A DNA stretch of 64,000 nucleotides from a bacterium (GCA_963662285.2 CAXXMV010000006.1:1024001-1088000), one strand, 5' to 3'. Positions 27,697 through 37,960 are shown, counted from the first letter of the stretch. The notes: generated from the letters alone by a model not told the origin. Program-made: numbers and translations.

Positions 27697-28971
27697 ATGT
27701 CAAAACCAGATCGCCGTGATTTTTTGAAATCATCAGTATTGTTGACGACGATATCAGCTGCTTCGACAAAACGAGTGTTTGGTGCCAATGAGCGGCTTAG
27801 GGTAGGTTTCATCGGTTTAGGAGGGCGGGGCAGTTGGCTGCATCGTTTAACCATGCGTCATATAGAAGATCACAATGATGCTGAAATCGTCGCCCTGTGC
27901 GATGTCTACGCCAAAAGGCTCGATCAGGCTCATCAGCGTAGCCCGGAAGCCAAGACTTATGTGCATCATCAGGAGTTACTCAACCGTAACGATCTGGATG
28001 CAGTCTTTATCGCCACGCCGGATCATTGGCATGCGCCCATAACGCTTATGGCTATGGAAAAAGGCCTGGATGTATATTGCGAAAAACCCATGACGCTCTA
28101 TTGGGAAGAGGCCAAAGAGGTAGCCAAAAAAGCGCAGGAACTGAAGCGCGTCTTGCAAGTCGGAGTGCAGGCATTGTCTTGGAGCAAATGGCGTAAAGCC
28201 AAAGAGATTATTGATAAAGGTATGCTGGGGCAGGTGGTTTGCTGCCAGGGCACCTATAGCCGGAATGCTCCGGGCGGAGACTGGAACTGGGATATTGATC
28301 CAAAGGCCGGACCGGATGGTAAAGGATTGGATCATATCGATTGGAAGCAATGGCTTGGTTCGGCTCAGCAGAGATCATTTGATGGGGATCGATTTTTCAG
28401 GTTCCGTAAGTATTGGGATTATTCCGGCGGTATAGCAACTGACCTTCATTATCATACTGTAGCGCCATTTCATCTGGCGGTTAAAAATGAACATCCCACC
28501 CGCGTAGTCGGAATGGGAGGAATCTGGGTGCATAATGACGGACGAGAAGTTCCTGATACATTCTTGACCGCCGCCGATTATCCATCGAAATATTCCCTGA
28601 CGGTTCAATCATCTCAGGCCAATGAAGTTGGATTAAGAACTCTGATCAGAGGGGAAAAAGCAACTCTGTACTGTGGAGCGGATTGGGAAGGCGAATCCTA
28701 CGGGAGTTTGAAAGTGACGCCTGAGAAACCATTCAAACAGGAATTCGTTTCACGTTGGAGCAAAGATGAATATATTATCCCGGATATCAAAGACGAAGGC
28801 GATGATAAACATGTCGATAATTTCTTTGCGTGCATCAAAAGCCGTGAATTACCCAACTGTCATGCCGACCTGGCCTTCAAGGTCATAACAACCATCGCCC
28901 TTTCAGTGCGCTCTTACCGTGAAGGCAAGATGTTTTATTATGATCCACAAAAGGAGATAGTGACTGGTTGA
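27697..28971 (+). CDS. Tat-exported Gfo/Idh/MocA family oxidoreductase
   Basis: Twin-arginine DRRDFLK, then GFIGLGGRG, IATPDHWH, DVYCEKP and FRKYWDYSGG. Confidence 0.92.
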   Translation: MSKPDRRDFLKSSVLLTTISAASTKRVFGANERLRVGFIGLGGRGSWLHRLTMRHIEDHNDAEIVALCDVYAKRLDQAHQRSPEAKTYVHHQELLNRNDLDAVFIATPDHWHAPITLMAMEKGLDVYCEKPMTLYWEEAKEVAKKAQELKRVLQVGVQALSWSKWRKAKEIIDKGMLGQVVCCQGTYSRNAPGGDWNWDIDPKAGPDGKGLDHIDWKQWLGSAQQRSFDGDRFFRFRKYWDYSGGIATDLHYHTVAPFHLAVKNEHPTRVVGMGGIWVHNDGREVPDTFLTAADYPSKYSLTVQSSQANEVGLRTLIRGEKATLYCGADWEGESYGSLKVTPEKPFKQEFVSRWSKDEYIIPDIKDEGDDKHVDNFFACIKSRELPNCHADLAFKVITTIALSVRSYREGKMFYYDPQKEIVTG

Positions 28972-28974
28972 AAG

Positions 28975-29592
28975 TTACAAATTACATAACACAGGATTGT
29001 AAACATTATCGGGCTTGAAATCCTGAATTATGTAGGTGGAGTTTTGGGGGATATGGGTGCGGATTTTGTCCAGGTCATCTTGGGTGAGCAGGGAATTGAC
29101 GTTGGTGGTGCGGAACTGATGCGGGATTCCGCTTTGAGCTATTACGGTGATGCTCTGTTGGATTAATTCAGTGTTGATTTTAACTCCAGCCAGGCGTTCG
29201 TATGATTCCAGGGGGGCTTTGATATCCATAGCTATGTAATCGAGCAGGTTATCGTGTATCAGTTTTTCGATAATGTCGGGGCGGCTGCCGTTAGTATCAA
29301 GTTTGATTTTGAATCCCATTGATTTGCATGAGCGTATGAAATCTGGTAAATCAGGTTGAAGGGTAGGTTCGCCGCCGCTGATAACTAAGGCGTCTAACTT
29401 TTTGGATTTGGCTTTTAACTCGGATAGAATTTTTGTTTGGGGGATCAAGTTACTCTCTAAATTATCAGCAGGAATCAGCGATCCGTTATGGCAGAAGGGA
29501 CAGCGGAAATTGCAGCCCTGGGTGAATACTATGGCCGCAATTTCGCCGGGATAATCGCTTAAGGTAAACGGATCGAATCCACCGATTTTCAT
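28975..29592 (-). CDS. nrdG: Anaerobic ribonucleoside-triphosphate reductase activating protein (radical SAM)
   Basis: GCNFRCPFCHN, SGGEPT, KLDTNG and AMDIKAP. Overlaps the nrdD stop by 4 bp. Confidence 0.92.
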   Translation of the reverse strand: MKIGGFDPFTLSDYPGEIAAIVFTQGCNFRCPFCHNGSLIPADNLESNLIPQTKILSELKAKSKKLDALVISGGEPTLQPDLPDFIRSCKSMGFKIKLDTNGSRPDIIEKLIHDNLLDYIAMDIKAPLESYERLAGVKINTELIQQSITVIAQSGIPHQFRTTNVNSLLTQDDLDKIRTHIPQNSTYIIQDFKPDNVYNPVLCNL

Positions 29593-31739
29593 GATTGTTT
29601 TGTCACTTGATAATGCTTGCGCATTGTGAATTCGGTCTGCTTGCCTTCATTCCACTGGTTGACCGGACGTAGATAGCCGACCACGCGTGAATAAATTTCC
29701 GTTGTGGCGCCGCATTCAGGGCATTGGCTTACTTCGCCTTTCAAATACCCATGCGTGGGGCAGATGGAAAAAGAAGGCGTCAGGGTGAAATAGGGCAGGC
29801 TGTACATTTCGCAAACCTTCTTGACGAATGATTTCACCGCCTGTGGATCGGGCGCCGCTTCGCCCAGAAAAATATGCTGCACGGTTCCCCCGGTATAGCG
29901 CGTCTGGATGGGGTCTTGTAAATCAAGAACGTTGAAAATATCATCCGAATAATTAACCGGGAGCTGGCTGGAATTGGTATAGATCGGTTTGGCGCCTTCA
30001 GTGACCGCTTCATCATTGGCGAAGCGGACGCCGGGGTATCTCTTCTGATCTAAACGCGCCAGTCGGTAGCCAGTGCTTTCGGCGGGAGTGGCTTCCAGGT
30101 TATAGAGGTTGCCGGTCTCTTCCTGAAAGGCCAGCAGCCGTTCTCTCATATAATCCAGAACTCTTGTTGCAAAGGCGGTTCCTTCGGGCGTACCGATATC
30201 CTTGTTTAGCAAATTGAGGCAGGCTTCATTCATGCCATTCAAGCCGATGGTGGAAAAATGGTTATGCCAGAAAGTATCATGGCGTTGTTTGACTAAGCGT
30301 AGATAGTAACGGGTGTAGGGATACAGGTTTTTGTCGGTAAAGTTTTCCAGAACTTTACGCTTAGTCTCCAAGCTGGTGCGGGCTGTTTCCATTAGGCGGT
30401 CGAGGCGTTTGATGAAATCATCCTCACTGGTCGCCAAGTGTCCCAAGCGCGGCATGTTGATAGTGACTACGCCAATCGATCCGGTCAGCGGATTGGCGCC
30501 GAATAATCCCCCACCGCGTTTTTCCAGGGTGCGAAGATCAAGACGAAGACGGCAGCACATGGAACGGGCGTCGTCTGGTGACATGTCGGAATTGATGAAA
30601 TTAGCAAAATAAGGGATGCCGTATTTCGCCGTAATATCCCACAGGCGATCCAGTTCGGGATTATCCCAATCGAAATCTGAAGCGATGTTGTAGGTCGGAA
30701 TGGGGAAACTGAAAACCCGTCCCTTGGCGTCGCCTTCTGCCAGAACTTCGAGGAAGGCTTGGTTGAGAATATTCATCTCATGCTGGAAATCGCCATATAC
30801 TTCATCCAGTTGCTGGCCGGAATGTATGACGCTCTCATTGGCCAGAGTTGATGGGACTTTGAGATCAAGGGTCAAATTGGTGAATGGCGTCTGAAAACCA
30901 ACGCGGGTTGGAACATTGACATTGAAGACGAATTCCTGCAGCGCCTGTTTGACTCCTTTGTAATCCAATCTATCATAGCGAATGAACGGCGCCAGTAATG
31001 TGTCGAAATTAGAAAAGGCCTGCGCTCCCGCTGCTTCGCCTTGCAGGGTATAGAAGAAGTTGACGATCTGTCCCAGGGCGGTGCGGAAATGCTTGGCGGG
31101 TAGGCTTTCGACTTTGCCCGGCGCTCCGGTGAATCCTGAGCGTAGTAAATCCTGTAGATCCCAGCCAACGCAATATACGGATAGGATTCCCAAATCGTGA
31201 ATATGGAAATCGCCGGAATTATGCGCCTCGCGAATATCGGGAGTATAAATCTTATTCAGCCAGTAAGTACGGCTGACTTCGCTGGATATATAGTTATTTA
31301 ATCCCTGGAGGGAATAGGCCATATTGCTGTTTTCCTGCACATTCCAATCCAGTTTCTCCAGATAACGGTCAATCAGGTCTAAGTCGGCTTTGGCCGCCAT
31401 TTCTCGGATTCGCGCATGTTGGTCGCGGTAAAGGATGTAGGCTTTGGCGGTTTTCTTGAAAGGCGAGGCCAGTAAAACTTCTTCGACGACATCCTGAATC
31501 TGTTCAACATTGGGGATTTCATCCTGCACAATCAATTGAGCCAGGGCGAGAACCCTGATGGTGAGTTGCCAGGCGATATCATCAGAGAATTCACCTGAAG
31601 CATGTCCTGATTTAAGGATTGCTTTAGTGATTTTCTTTATGTCAAAGTCACATAAGCGGCCATCCCGCTTGTAAATCTGAGTGAATGCGGAATTAGATTG
31701 ATTGGTGGTTTGTTCTGATGCCCCAAAGGTTGTGACCAT
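29589..31739 (-). CDS. nrdD: Class III anaerobic ribonucleoside-triphosphate reductase with N-terminal ATP cone
   Basis: KRDGR...VEQIQDVVE ATP cone, HIHDL, SMCCRLR, NLEATPAEST, CPTHG..CPECG zinc site and YSRVVGYL glycyl-radical loop. RBS aaggag precedes ATG 31739. Confidence 0.96.
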   Translation of the reverse strand: MVTTFGASEQTTNQSNSAFTQIYKRDGRLCDFDIKKITKAILKSGHASGEFSDDIAWQLTIRVLALAQLIVQDEIPNVEQIQDVVEEVLLASPFKKTAKAYILYRDQHARIREMAAKADLDLIDRYLEKLDWNVQENSNMAYSLQGLNNYISSEVSRTYWLNKIYTPDIREAHNSGDFHIHDLGILSVYCVGWDLQDLLRSGFTGAPGKVESLPAKHFRTALGQIVNFFYTLQGEAAGAQAFSNFDTLLAPFIRYDRLDYKGVKQALQEFVFNVNVPTRVGFQTPFTNLTLDLKVPSTLANESVIHSGQQLDEVYGDFQHEMNILNQAFLEVLAEGDAKGRVFSFPIPTYNIASDFDWDNPELDRLWDITAKYGIPYFANFINSDMSPDDARSMCCRLRLDLRTLEKRGGGLFGANPLTGSIGVVTINMPRLGHLATSEDDFIKRLDRLMETARTSLETKRKVLENFTDKNLYPYTRYYLRLVKQRHDTFWHNHFSTIGLNGMNEACLNLLNKDIGTPEGTAFATRVLDYMRERLLAFQEETGNLYNLEATPAESTGYRLARLDQKRYPGVRFANDEAVTEGAKPIYTNSSQLPVNYSDDIFNVLDLQDPIQTRYTGGTVQHIFLGEAAPDPQAVKSFVKKVCEMYSLPYFTLTPSFSICPTHGYLKGEVSQCPECGATTEIYSRVVGYLRPVNQWNEGKQTEFTMRKHYQVTKQS

Positions 31740-32020
31740 AATATATCTCCTTGATATATAAGGAATAAGACAGTTCAATTTCATGAAAACCAAATATTAA
31801 ATAAGTAAGTAAAGAGATTAAATCCAAACTGATTTAAGTGTTAATCCATAGGGGGAAATGGAAGAAATGAATAATACCAGCTGGTCTAGTAATAAAGAGT
31901 ACATACCAATAAGGCTTCAACACTCTAAATAATAGACAACGATATTAATCAAACCGCCTCTTTCCCTCGAAAGATACGATTAACCTTAACGCAAAGTGGT
32001 TTCACAAGCGTCAGGATACA

Positions 32021-32212
32021 GATTGTTGGCAGGTCTTCGGACTTGTAGGCTTTAAGAATGGTTAGGTTTTCTAATCCCCACTGCTTCCCGGTTTATATAT
32101 AAACCAGTGCTTTACTGTGGGTTTCGTTCCTACATACCGCTGCGGGGCAGTTCCAGATTTTCACAGGATTCCCTCTTATGAAGCATCAATATGCTTCGAA
32201 CCAACAACGGTA
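32021..32212 (-). ncRNA. Cobalamin (B12) riboswitch upstream of nrdDG
   Basis: Minus strand reads GGTTC...AAGAGGGAATCCTGTGAAAATCTGGAACTGCCCCGCAGCGGT...GCACTGG..CCGGGAAG...AAGTCCGAAGACCTGCC (B12 box). P1 pairing gttgttgg/ccaacaat. Confidence 0.93.
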
Positions 32213-32259
32213 TACATTATATAGGGTATTTATTGTATGTCAACCACAAAATATAGTAT
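32212..32259 (-). promoter_or_regulatory. sigma70 promoter overlapped by tandem NrdR boxes
   Basis: Minus-strand TTGACA (32243-32238)-N16-TATAAT (32221-32216). Boxes atacattatatagggt (32212-32227) and ccacaaaatatagtat (32244-32259) are 32 bp apart and resemble acaCwAtATaTwGtg. Confidence 0.8.
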
Positions 32260-32269
32260 TTTAGGTTGA

Positions 32270-33706
32270 TCAAGTGGCGGCGAGCGCAAGTTGAGGGCAG
32301 AGGATATCGATAACATCTGCTGCGGAGTATGATAATTCTCCTTCTTTGAGAAAGCGAGTTACCAAGGATAGTTCAATGCCGGTAGTAATAATAGCTTTTT
32401 CCAAATACCCGCTGGAGCGCATTTGAGCTAAGCCGATGCCAGCGAGAAGACCGTTGCAAAGGCATTTGCGGCCTTCTAATTCTTTGGGATCGCCGGATTT
32501 TCTGATGAAATTATCAGCCGGTTCAGCCGGGCAGCGATAGATGATTTTATCGTCATCCTGTTTAACTGGAGTGCGTAGAAATCCTAAATCGCAAATCCTG
32601 GGTCTAGCCTCATAGACCTTTTGATCGGAAACGGTATCGTCCATCTGGAAAACCTTAAACGGATATCCTGTGGGAGATGCTTTCGGATCAGTGAAGACTT
32701 TGGCTTTACCTTCAACAATCATTTGAATGATTTTCTTCTTATAATCATTTCTGATGCCGGATTCATTGCAAAAGGCGAATGGCGTGCCGATTTGCACTCC
32801 CTTGGCGCCCTGGTCAAGCGCTTCCTGAACTTTGGCTGGTTCGCCATAAGACCCAGCTAACCAGAAAGGTAAACCAAGTTTGCTTATCTTTTCAATATCG
32901 ATGAAATCCTTATCGCCATAGATTGGTTCACCCTTTGCATCAATATTCAGTTTCCCACGTGGAGGAGCATTATGGCCTCCGGCGCAAGCTTTCTCGATGA
33001 TGAAGCCATCGACTTTGCCGGTTGATTTTCGTTTGAGAGATATTGCCAGTGTTGCTGATGAGACGATAGCCAGGAATTTAGGGCGTTCGAGTGGTTTTGG
33101 CAAATCGCCGATGACATCTTTTGGTTTGAAAGTCATCTGGAATTTGTCATCGGCGTCAGCATTTTCAACGTGGATGCGAATGGATGCTTCTTTGTGGTCT
33201 ACATATTTATCCAGAACGCCGGGGATTTCGCGTGGTATGCCGGCGCCCATAATGACGTAATCTATCCCGGCCAACATGGCGCCATAAATAGAGGCGAGAT
33301 TGGGGAGTTGAATTTTTTCTAATAAATTAATCCCGACAGGATTGTTGTGACCTTCTTTGGCGAGAAATACTTCGCAGAAATTACCAACAACAGTTAACTG
33401 AAGTCGTTCCTTTAGACTATTGAGGTTATACATCGGCAATGTTTTGAAACTTTGTTTCTCTTTTTTACCGTCTTTAATGAAGTATTTTTTATAGATCCAT
33501 TGAGCAATATCCTGATTAGGAAAATGATCCAAAGCGCGTTTTATATGTCCGCCAAAGTCTCCGAGTTGCAGACGCCTGGTTAAGACTGTATCTAGAAAAG
33601 TACCGGAAATAACGCCTAGTTGATTTAACTTAGAAACTGCGTTGGCAAGCACCCAGTTCGATACGCCTACGCCCATACCGCCTTGAATGATGACAGGATA
33701 ACTCAT
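32270..33706 (-). CDS. Nitronate monooxygenase / FabK-like FMN oxidoreductase
   Basis: IIQGGMGVGVS, MGAGIP, AGGHNAPPRG, GVQIGTPF, SPTGYPFKV and CLCNGL. Confidence 0.88.
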   Translation of the reverse strand: MSYPVIIQGGMGVGVSNWVLANAVSKLNQLGVISGTFLDTVLTRRLQLGDFGGHIKRALDHFPNQDIAQWIYKKYFIKDGKKEKQSFKTLPMYNLNSLKERLQLTVVGNFCEVFLAKEGHNNPVGINLLEKIQLPNLASIYGAMLAGIDYVIMGAGIPREIPGVLDKYVDHKEASIRIHVENADADDKFQMTFKPKDVIGDLPKPLERPKFLAIVSSATLAISLKRKSTGKVDGFIIEKACAGGHNAPPRGKLNIDAKGEPIYGDKDFIDIEKISKLGLPFWLAGSYGEPAKVQEALDQGAKGVQIGTPFAFCNESGIRNDYKKKIIQMIVEGKAKVFTDPKASPTGYPFKVFQMDDTVSDQKVYEARPRICDLGFLRTPVKQDDDKIIYRCPAEPADNFIRKSGDPKELEGRKCLCNGLLAGIGLAQMRSSGYLEKAIITTGIELSLVTRFLKEGELSYSAADVIDILCPQLALAAT

Positions 33707-33980
33707 GTGATTTTGTAATTTCCTTTATCGGGTATATCGCCTATAAATACTTAGAACTTTTTTAGTCAATCTTTGTTTCATTAAAGTCAAGGAATCTAAA
33801 TATAGATAACCTATTTATACCCGAAGGAACTTGTGTTACTGCGAGTAAATAATATTTTTTAATACACCTCATATATCCAAGTTAGGTACAAATAAACGAA
33901 TATACGATTAGAAGAAGATTTTAACCGTAATTTTAAAGCATAAAAGCCCTGTTAAAGAAGAGAAGCCCTTATTAGAGAGT

Positions 33981-34760
33981 TTAACTCTTTTCTCCGGGAA
34001 TATTCAAAAAACCTGGTTTGACAGGAATTGGAGGTATATTTGCTTCCAAGATAGATGGTTTGAGGTAATTCTTCAAGTAAAAACCGGGATTTCTTGTTTC
34101 TGGAAACTTGTCACTTAAACCAATGATTCTGTCTAGAGAAATATAATAGCGGAAAGCGAGAAAAGAAACTAACTGAAACAGTGATTTTTCCTGTTCTTCA
34201 GAAACCATAGTTTTATCGTAATTACCTAGTAAAGCAATAGTTAGATAACCATCCAGGTCCATTTGTTCTTTGGAACGTCTGGATAAACGCTTCAAGAGAA
34301 TTTCTTCTTGTGGAATATCGCCGGATCTAAAGGTAAATGAGTCTTCTTTATGCAATTCAGCCGGGATACTTTCTTCCCGTCCAACAAATATCTTACCGGT
34401 TGGTTCAATGAAGAAATGGAAAGGTAAATCGCCGCCGCCGTGTTTTTTCTCATATCTTTTTAAGAGGTTTGACATATAGGTTAATGCGGTTTCGCCAGAG
34501 TAATCTGCGCCGGTATCCATTATAACAATGCCTTTTACCTTGTGGCTGCTGAAAGAGCCTGATGGGAGTTCGCCAAGTGACGCCCTTGGGATTGATCTGG
34601 GCTGAATTGGTTTATCGTGAAACATCTCGACTAAACCGTATTTATCATCAAGAGACACGCATGATGATAAGAGAAAGATTGGTAAAAGCAACATAACATT
34701 TTTGATATTCAGGTAGGATAACATTTTTGTTTTATAGGGCTTAGGTACAAGATAATTCAT
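33981..34760 (-). CDS. Lipoprotein with an Amidase_2/PGRP fold, predicted catalytically inactive
   Basis: Lipobox LSSC, then GIVIMDT, DLPFHFFIEPTGKIFVGR, IALLGNYD, IIGLSD and TRNPG aligning to the amidase_2 motifs. Confidence 0.75.
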   Translation of the reverse strand: MNYLVPKPYKTKMLSYLNIKNVMLLLPIFLLSSCVSLDDKYGLVEMFHDKPIQPRSIPRASLGELPSGSFSSHKVKGIVIMDTGADYSGETALTYMSNLLKRYEKKHGGGDLPFHFFIEPTGKIFVGREESIPAELHKEDSFTFRSGDIPQEEILLKRLSRRSKEQMDLDGYLTIALLGNYDKTMVSEEQEKSLFQLVSFLAFRYYISLDRIIGLSDKFPETRNPGFYLKNYLKPSILEANIPPIPVKPGFLNIPGEKS

Positions 34761-34955
34761 AAGATTACTTTCTGATTTAGTATATTCATTATTGATGAAT
34801 AGAATTTTACCAGAGGTTTTACCGCTGGTTTTATAATTCTATAAGAAATATTCCTAATAATATAGATATACTATAGAATCGTTTATGTCACAAGCATTAC
34901 AAAAATATAGTAAGATAATCAGCAAAGAGGTATCAACCAATCATGTTGAACTCAT

Positions 34956-35384
34956 CTAAGAGGCGCCTGATCGTCCTTCGGTGTTTTGGTGGTTTGAAGA
35001 TTTGATTTCGGCGCGCAACTGGTCTAATTCATTGTTTAATAAAGTTATCTCTTGTATAGCATCTTTCAACTTAAATGAGAAATCTGTGATTTTTACGGAA
35101 AACTGTAAATTCATCAGAAGCAGGAAAAAAATTGCCAGGAATAAAACCGCCGAAGTTGTCATGCCAGCCCCTATGAATTTAGTAAACCATTCCAGGTAAG
35201 GATATAACCATAAAAATGAGATGGCAAAGACGCCGATGGCTATCCAGATGGCGGAGTATTGTTCCAAGATTTTCCTGCGCCGCACCAATTCGATAATGAT
35301 GCATAACAGGATTAGACCAGATGTTATTATGAAGATTTGCTGGCGTAAAGGAATTTCAAGGCTATTCATTTTAATATTCTCCAC
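34956..35384 (-). CDS. DUF2304 family membrane protein
   Basis: IIELVRRRKILEQYSAIW, three TM helices, and a SVKIT...IQEITLL coiled coil. Confidence 0.85.
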   Translation of the reverse strand: MENIKMNSLEIPLRQQIFIITSGLILLCIIIELVRRRKILEQYSAIWIAIGVFAISFLWLYPYLEWFTKFIGAGMTTSAVLFLAIFFLLLMNLQFSVKITDFSFKLKDAIQEITLLNNELDQLRAEIKSSNHQNTEGRSGAS

Positions 35385-35416
35385 AAATTTTTGTGATCAA
35401 GAGAAACTTTTCGATT

Positions 35417-37798
35417 TTACAGTTCCGCCTTAGGCGATAGCGTAATAGCGATTCTATTGTTATCCGAGATGTTAACTCCGGTTTTACACGCCGGAAAAAT
35501 TAAGCGGAAAAGGCATCCCTTGGCTGGAAGATTTTCAACTTCGATTTTTCCTGCATGGCTGTCTATGATCTGATGTACAAGAGATAATCCTAGTCCGGTT
35601 CCTCTATCTTTTGATGTATAAAAGGGATCGAAAATCTTATCAATTTGTTCAGGCGTAATGCCTTGACCCTGATCTTCAATATCAATGGCGATTTCACCGG
35701 ATGAATAGGGATAGGCTCGTAATGTGATTTTTCCCCCATCCGGCATGGCTTCTTGAGCGTTAATGAATAGATTCAGGAAAGCCTGCCTGCATAGATTGAC
35801 GTCAACCGCTATTTGAGGAAGGTCATCAGCGCATTGCGTAGTTAGAGTATATGATTCATTGTCCTGCTGTTTATCGAAATATTCTTCCATCAAGCGCAAT
35901 AGTTCATCAACGGGTAACGTTTCCAGGTTAGGCGAAGGAGGGCGGGCGAAGACGAGAAAATCGTTAACCACGCGAGACAAACGGCGCACTTCGCCCACGA
36001 TGAACTCTGATAAACCTTCTTCACCAGGTTGATCGCCAAAGCGGTTGCGCAGCAGTTCGGCTGAACCTTGAATGATTCCCAGCGGGTTGCGTATTTCATG
36101 CGCCAATCCAGCCGACATGCGTCCCAGAGCTGCCAGGCGGTCTTGCCGACGCACTTGTTCTTCCAGGTGTCGTATAGTAGTTAAATCATGAAAAGTAACC
36201 ACTAATCGTTTCAATTCGTCTTTTTCAAGCACAGGAACAAGGCTTACCTGCAAGGAAAGGATGCTATCACCGCATTCATAGAGGATTTCATTTTCCTGTT
36301 TGGAAATTTTATGATGCAAAGTATATGTGACCAGATTGGTGAAAGAGGAACTTTCAATGACGTCGCTAATATGCTTGTCTTTCCAATCCGAGATTTGCAG
36401 GATGCGTTCTCCAACCTGATTGATGTGGCTGATTTGGCCTTCCTGGCTGATGCTCATCACGCCGGTATTGATATTTGCAAGGATGCTTTGAAGAAAATGC
36501 TGAGTCTCAGCCAATTCGAGGTTGCTGAATTCCAATTCATCGGTTTTATCACGTAGTTGGGCTATTTGGTGTTGTATTCTGGCTGCAAGTTGGTTGAAAG
36601 TTGAACTGAGCAGGCGTTGTTCTTCCGTACCCTGTTTTTTCACGCGAACGTCGAAGTCGCCTTCCGCCATGCATCGGGCCGCTCCGGCAAGTTCATTGAT
36701 TGGTTTAGAGATGGTTCTAGCAAAAAGAACTGCTGCAATTACGATGATTATCAATGTAACTCCATAAGCCACTGTGAGCGAATAACCGATAATACCAAGA
36801 ATACTGGTTATGGGGATGCCTAAAGCGATGATGGCGCTTAGTTCATGCCGATGATTAACGACGGGGAGTAATTTCATCTGCATGGGAACAGTGGTTATGG
36901 CTTCGGCGCTGTTATCTGGAGGCGGCTCATGATCCTTTTGTAGAGATATAGGCGTCAGGCGGAATCGAGCAGGCCATCCGGTATCGTCGGGATCAATTTG
37001 CACTCTATCGATATTTATTTCCTGAAATTCTTTATAAGGTTCAAAGCCGAATAATCTGGCGATTTGATCCCCGGTTAAATAATTCTCAAATAGTTTTGGC
37101 TGAGGATAAAGAAGAACCGGCTGAGGATCATATCTTTTGACATTGAGAACCGGAGGACGTAATGGATCGTCGGGGAACTTTTCGATAAGAAGCGTTTTTA
37201 AGAATAAACCTCCAATGGTTTTAATCTCAGAGATATGTTCTCCCTTAACAATATCCTGGATTGCATAGCAATAGAGTTTATTGTTCTCTTCATATAACAA
37301 TCCCTTGTTTGCCCATTTTTTCATATCCTGATAAGGTTTGTTAGGAAATAATTGTATAGGATATTGTGGATACTTTAATGTTCGTTGTCTGAGTGAATCA
37401 GTATCCCTTTTCCACAATTGAGGATTCGATTGCCATAATGCTCGTTTCCAATTCTCAGGTACTTTCTTCCACAATTCCTCTTCCCAAAAATTAATATTTG
37501 TTAAAACGTTTGTATCATCCAGCGATTCGGATAATTCCAATAACTCCACTAGATTGGGGCGTGTTGCAAAACGTTCCTGTAAGTATTGCGCAAGAGGTAA
37601 GAGAACTTCGGTTCCTGGAACACTTCGGTGAAAATTTATATCCCGCAAAATTTCATCAGCGGTTTTCTCCAGCCATTGGGTGCGTACTTTTTGATTGCGA
37701 ATCTGGAGAGTGTAATAAGAGACTAAAGCGAGGGGGCACATCGCTATAATAGCGACGCCGAGGAAAGCGGCAATAAGTCTGCTTCTCAATCGTTTCAT
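35417..37798 (-). CDS. Membrane sensor histidine kinase (periplasmic sensor-HAMP-PAS-HisKA-HATPase, NtrB-like)
   Basis: GLAHEIRNPL, NLFINAQEAM, DQGQGI, FDPFYTSK and GTGLGL. HAMP ISKPINEL and two TM helices. Confidence 0.95.
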   Translation of the reverse strand: MKRLRSRLIAAFLGVAIIAMCPLALVSYYTLQIRNQKVRTQWLEKTADEILRDINFHRSVPGTEVLLPLAQYLQERFATRPNLVELLELSESLDDTNVLTNINFWEEELWKKVPENWKRALWQSNPQLWKRDTDSLRQRTLKYPQYPIQLFPNKPYQDMKKWANKGLLYEENNKLYCYAIQDIVKGEHISEIKTIGGLFLKTLLIEKFPDDPLRPPVLNVKRYDPQPVLLYPQPKLFENYLTGDQIARLFGFEPYKEFQEINIDRVQIDPDDTGWPARFRLTPISLQKDHEPPPDNSAEAITTVPMQMKLLPVVNHRHELSAIIALGIPITSILGIIGYSLTVAYGVTLIIIVIAAVLFARTISKPINELAGAARCMAEGDFDVRVKKQGTEEQRLLSSTFNQLAARIQHQIAQLRDKTDELEFSNLELAETQHFLQSILANINTGVMSISQEGQISHINQVGERILQISDWKDKHISDVIESSSFTNLVTYTLHHKISKQENEILYECGDSILSLQVSLVPVLEKDELKRLVVTFHDLTTIRHLEEQVRRQDRLAALGRMSAGLAHEIRNPLGIIQGSAELLRNRFGDQPGEEGLSEFIVGEVRRLSRVVNDFLVFARPPSPNLETLPVDELLRLMEEYFDKQQDNESYTLTTQCADDLPQIAVDVNLCRQAFLNLFINAQEAMPDGGKITLRAYPYSSGEIAIDIEDQGQGITPEQIDKIFDPFYTSKDRGTGLGLSLVHQIIDSHAGKIEVENLPAKGCLFRLIFPACKTGVNISDNNRIAITLSPKAEL

Positions 37799-37960
37799 AG
37801 TCTCTGGAACGCGTTTAATACCTTTTCAATAATTAAAGCGGAACAATCAAATACGCCATATTATACCAAATTAAACATTTGTTTCGCCCTCTTTGGTGAG
37901 GAAATGCGAAAAAGAAATTAAACAATGGGGGAATATAAACAGTTATTTGTATAATTAGTA

